Positions 60,615 to 64,000 of a DNA stretch of 64,000 bases are shown here, piece after piece. The stretch comes from Pristiophorus japonicus (Eukaryota). Every line of letters begins with the position of its first letter. Within the stretch, counting starts at the first letter, position 1. The notes under the pieces are model-generated. The model searched no databases, had not been told where the DNA came from, and saw only the letters and a program-made list of their open reading frames with translations. The DNA lies in contig NC_091979.1 of NCBI RefSeq assembly GCF_044704955.1, positions 330,646,001 through 330,710,000 of the forward strand. The letters run 5' to 3'. A program made the translations under genes and the position numbers.

Positions 60615-61532
60615 TGTAAGACTGTAGTGCATGGAGAAAGAGTCAGACTGAACACTGTGAGCTCAAAGTAGTCTTTTATTGCAGTCTCCAGAGTGCCTCT
60701 CCAACCTGAGAAGCCTTCTTAAATACCTGTGCTCCCAAAGGATTATGGGATCCCTTGAGACTCCGGGGAATGAGCCCTCTGGTGGCTATACAGAGTAAAT
60801 ACAAGTCCACAAATATAACAACATTCCCCCCAAAGTCAATAGTGTAACTATTTACAATGTGCGTCGATCTGGGGCCCTTATTGACCTCGTTTATTGTCTC
60901 GGTGTGAAAGCTGGTGTTGTTGAATCATTTGTTGGGCCCTGCTGGGCTGCTATGGATGATGGGTTCTGCTTCGTGGTCAACCGTGGTGTCGGTTGCCACT
61001 GATGTGTGTGTTGGGGGATCAAAAAAGTTGGGTCCAAGGTGGGTTGCTCAGGGTAGTCCGTGAATCTGAGTTTGATTTGGTCCAAGTGTTTCTGGTGAAT
61101 GAGTCCATTTGAAAGTTTGACCCGAAACACCCTGCTCCCCTCTTTGGCCACGACAGTGCCGGGAAGCCACTTGGGACCTTGTCCATAATTTAATACAAAT
61201 ACAGGATCATTGACTTCAATCTCGTGTGACACATTTGCGCTATCATGGTATGCACTTTGTTGAAGCCGCCTGCTCTCTAACTGTTCATGTAGATCAGGGT
61301 GAACTAACGAGAGCCTTGTCTTAAGTGCTCTTTTCATGAGCAGTTCAGCAGATGGGATCCCAGTGAGTGAGTGGGGTCTTGTGCGGTAGCTAAGCAGGAC
61401 TCGGGATTAGCGAGTCTGCAATGAGCCTTCAGTTACCCTCTTCAAGCCTTGCTTGATGGTTTGCACTGCTCTCTCTGCCTGACCATTGGACGCTGGTTTA
61501 AACGGGGCAGATTTGACATGTTTGATCCTGTT
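60615..61532 (-). mobile_element. Gypsy/Ty3 retrotransposon 3' end: integrase C-terminus, PPT and ~200-bp 3' LTR (~60615-60823)
   Basis: SAPFKPASNGQAERAVQTIK and WLPGTVV integrase motifs. Minus-strand GGGGGGAA precedes TGTTG. The outer LTR boundary is approximate. Confidence 0.85.
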
Positions 61533-64000
61533 ACATAGAAACATAGAAAATAGGTGCAGGAGCAGGCCATTCAGCCCTTCTAGCCTGCACCGCCATTCAA
61601 TGAGTTCATGGCTGAACATGAAACTTCAGTACCCCCTTCCTGCTTTCTCGTCATAACCCTTGATCCCCCGAGTAGTAAGGACTTCATCTAACTCCCTTTT
61701 GAATATATTTAGTGAATTGGCCTCAACTACTTTCTGTGGTAGAGAATTCCACAGGTTCACCACTCTCTGGGTGAAGAAGTTTCTCCTCATCTCGGTCCTA
61801 AATGGCTTACCCCTTATCCTCAGACTGTGACCACTGGTTCTGGACTTCCCCAACATTGGGAACATTCTTTCTGCATCTAACCTGTCTAAACCCGTCAGAA
61901 TTTTAAACGTTTCTATGAGGTCCCCTCTCATTCTTCTGAACTCCAGTGAATACAAGCCCAGTTGATCCAATCTTTCTTGATAGGTCAGTCCCGCCATCCC
62001 GGGAATCAGTCTGGTGAACCTTCGCTGCACTCCCTCAATAGCAAGAATGTCCTTCCTCAAGTTAGGAGACCAAAACTGTACACAATACTCCAGGTGTGGC
62101 CTCACCAAGGCCCTGTACAACTGTAGCAACACCTCCCTGCCCCTGTATTCAAATCCCCTCGCTATGAAGGCCAACATGCCATTTGCTTTCTTAACCGCCT
62201 GCTGTACCTGCATGCTAACCTTCAATGACTGATGTACCATGACACCCAGGTCTCGTTGCACCTTCCCTTTTCCTAATCTGTCACCATTCAGATAATAGTC
62301 TGTCTCTCTATTTTTACCACCAAAGTGGATAACCTCACATTTATCCACATTATACTTCATCTGCCATGCATTTGCCCACTCACCTAACCTATCCAAGTCA
62401 CTCTGCAGCCTAATAGCATCCTCCTCGCAGCTCACACTGCCACCCAACTTAGTATCATCCGCAAATTTGGAGATACTGCATTTAATCCCCTCGTCTAAAT
62501 CATTAATGTACAATGTAAACAGCTGGGGCCCCAGCACAGAACCTTGCGGCACTCCACTAGTCACTGCCTGCCATTCTGAAAAGTACCCGTTTACTCCTAC
62601 TCTTTGCTTCCTGTCTGACAACCAGTTCTCAATCCACGTCAGCACACTACCCCCAATCCCATGTGTTTTAACTTTGCACATTAATCTCTTGTGTGGGACC
62701 TTGTCGAAAGCCTTCTGAAAGTCCAAATATACCACATCAACTGGTTCTCCTTTGTCCACTTTACTGGAAACATCCTCAAAAAATTCCAGAAGATTTGTCA
62801 AGCATGATTTCCCTTTCACAAATCCATGCTGACTTGGACCTATCATGTCACCATTTTCCAGATGCACTGCTATGACATCCTTAATAATTGATTCCATCAT
62901 TTTACCCACTACTGAGGTCAGGGCTGACCGGTCTATAATTCCCTGTTTTCTCTCTCCCTCCTTTTTTAAAAAGTGGGGTTACATTGGCTACCCTCCACTC
63001 CATAGGAACTGATCCAGAGTCAATGGAATGTTGGAAAATGACTGTCAATGCATCCGCTATTTCCAAGGCCACCTCCTTAAGTACTCTAGGATCCAGTCTA
63101 TCAGGCCCTGGGGATTTATCGGCCTTCAATCCCATCAATTTCCCCAACACAATTTCCCGACTAATAAAGATTTCCCTCAGTTCCCCCTCCTTACTAGACC
63201 CTCTGACCCCTTTTATATCCGGAAGGTTGTTTGTATCCTCCTTAGTGAATACCGAACCAAAGTACTTGTTCAATTGGTCTGCCATTTCTTTGTTCCCCGT
63301 TATGACTTCCCCTGATTCTGACTGCAGGGGACCTACGTTTGTCTTCACCAACCTTTTTCTCTTTACATACCTACAGAAACTTTTGCAATCAGCCTTAATG
63401 TTCCCTGCAAGCTTCTTCTCGTACTCCATTTTCCCTGCCCTAATCAAACCCTTTGTCCTCCTCTGCTGAGTTCTAAATTTCTCCCAGTCCCCAGGTTCGC
63501 TGCTATTTCTGGCCAATTTGTATGCCACTTCCTTGGCTTTAATACTATCCCTGATTTCCCTTGATAGCCACGGTTGAGCCACCTTCCCTTTTTTATTTTT
63601 ACACCAGACAGGAATGTACAATTGTTGTAATTCATCCATGCGGTCTCTAAATGTCTGCCATTGCCCATCCACAGTCAACCCCCTAAGTATCATTCGCCAA
63701 TCTATCCTAGCCAATTCACGCCTCATACCTTCAAAGTTACCCTTCTTTAAGTTCTGGACCATGGTCTCTGAAATTACTGTTTCATTCTCCATCCTAATGC
63801 AGAATTCCACCATATTATGGTCACTCTTCCCCAAGGGGCCTCGCACAATGAGATTGCTAATTAATCCTCTCTCATTACACAACACCCAGTCTAAGATGGC
63901 CTCCCCCCTAGTTGGTTCCTCAACATATTGGTCTAGAAAACCATCCCTTATGCACTCCAGGAAATCCTCCTCCACCGTATTGCTTCCAGTTTGGCTAGCC
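61533..64000 (-). mobile_element. Young CR1 LINE inserted in the Gypsy integrase, runs off the window end
   Basis: ORF2 nearly identical to 48975-51881, with a +1 frameshift near 62921. Confidence 0.96.

Noticed and set aside
48030-63668. Antisense and alternate-frame ORFs overlapping the CR1 copies
   Set aside because: Shadow ORFs that recur only because the LINE copies are near-identical.

Overview
Cartilaginous-fish (shark-like) genomic DNA. The core is one complete, apparently intact immunoglobulin heavy-chain minilocus on the + strand (~31.5-53.0 kb): leader, V, one D, J, Cmu1-Cmu4 with secretory tailpiece, TM1 and TM2, with correct splice sites and 23/12-12/23 RSS. The J and all C exons are IgM-type. 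By my recollection of family motifs, the leader and V look IgW-type. There is only one D, apparently combining D1-like and D2-like features, and Cmu2 lacks both extra cysteines I recall for shark Cmu2. This is a candidate germline IgW-V/IgM-C hybrid gene. Upstream are two oppositely oriented arrays of a 27-bp satellite, a TIR element, Deu-type SINEs, and a 6.0-kb pol-less LTR element (tRNA-Ser PBS, decayed class-I fusion env) nested in an old CR1. An intact full-length CR1 sits in the Cmu4-TM intron. Two more CR1 copies and a Gypsy remnant lie downstream. All family assignments come from motif recognition, not database searches.
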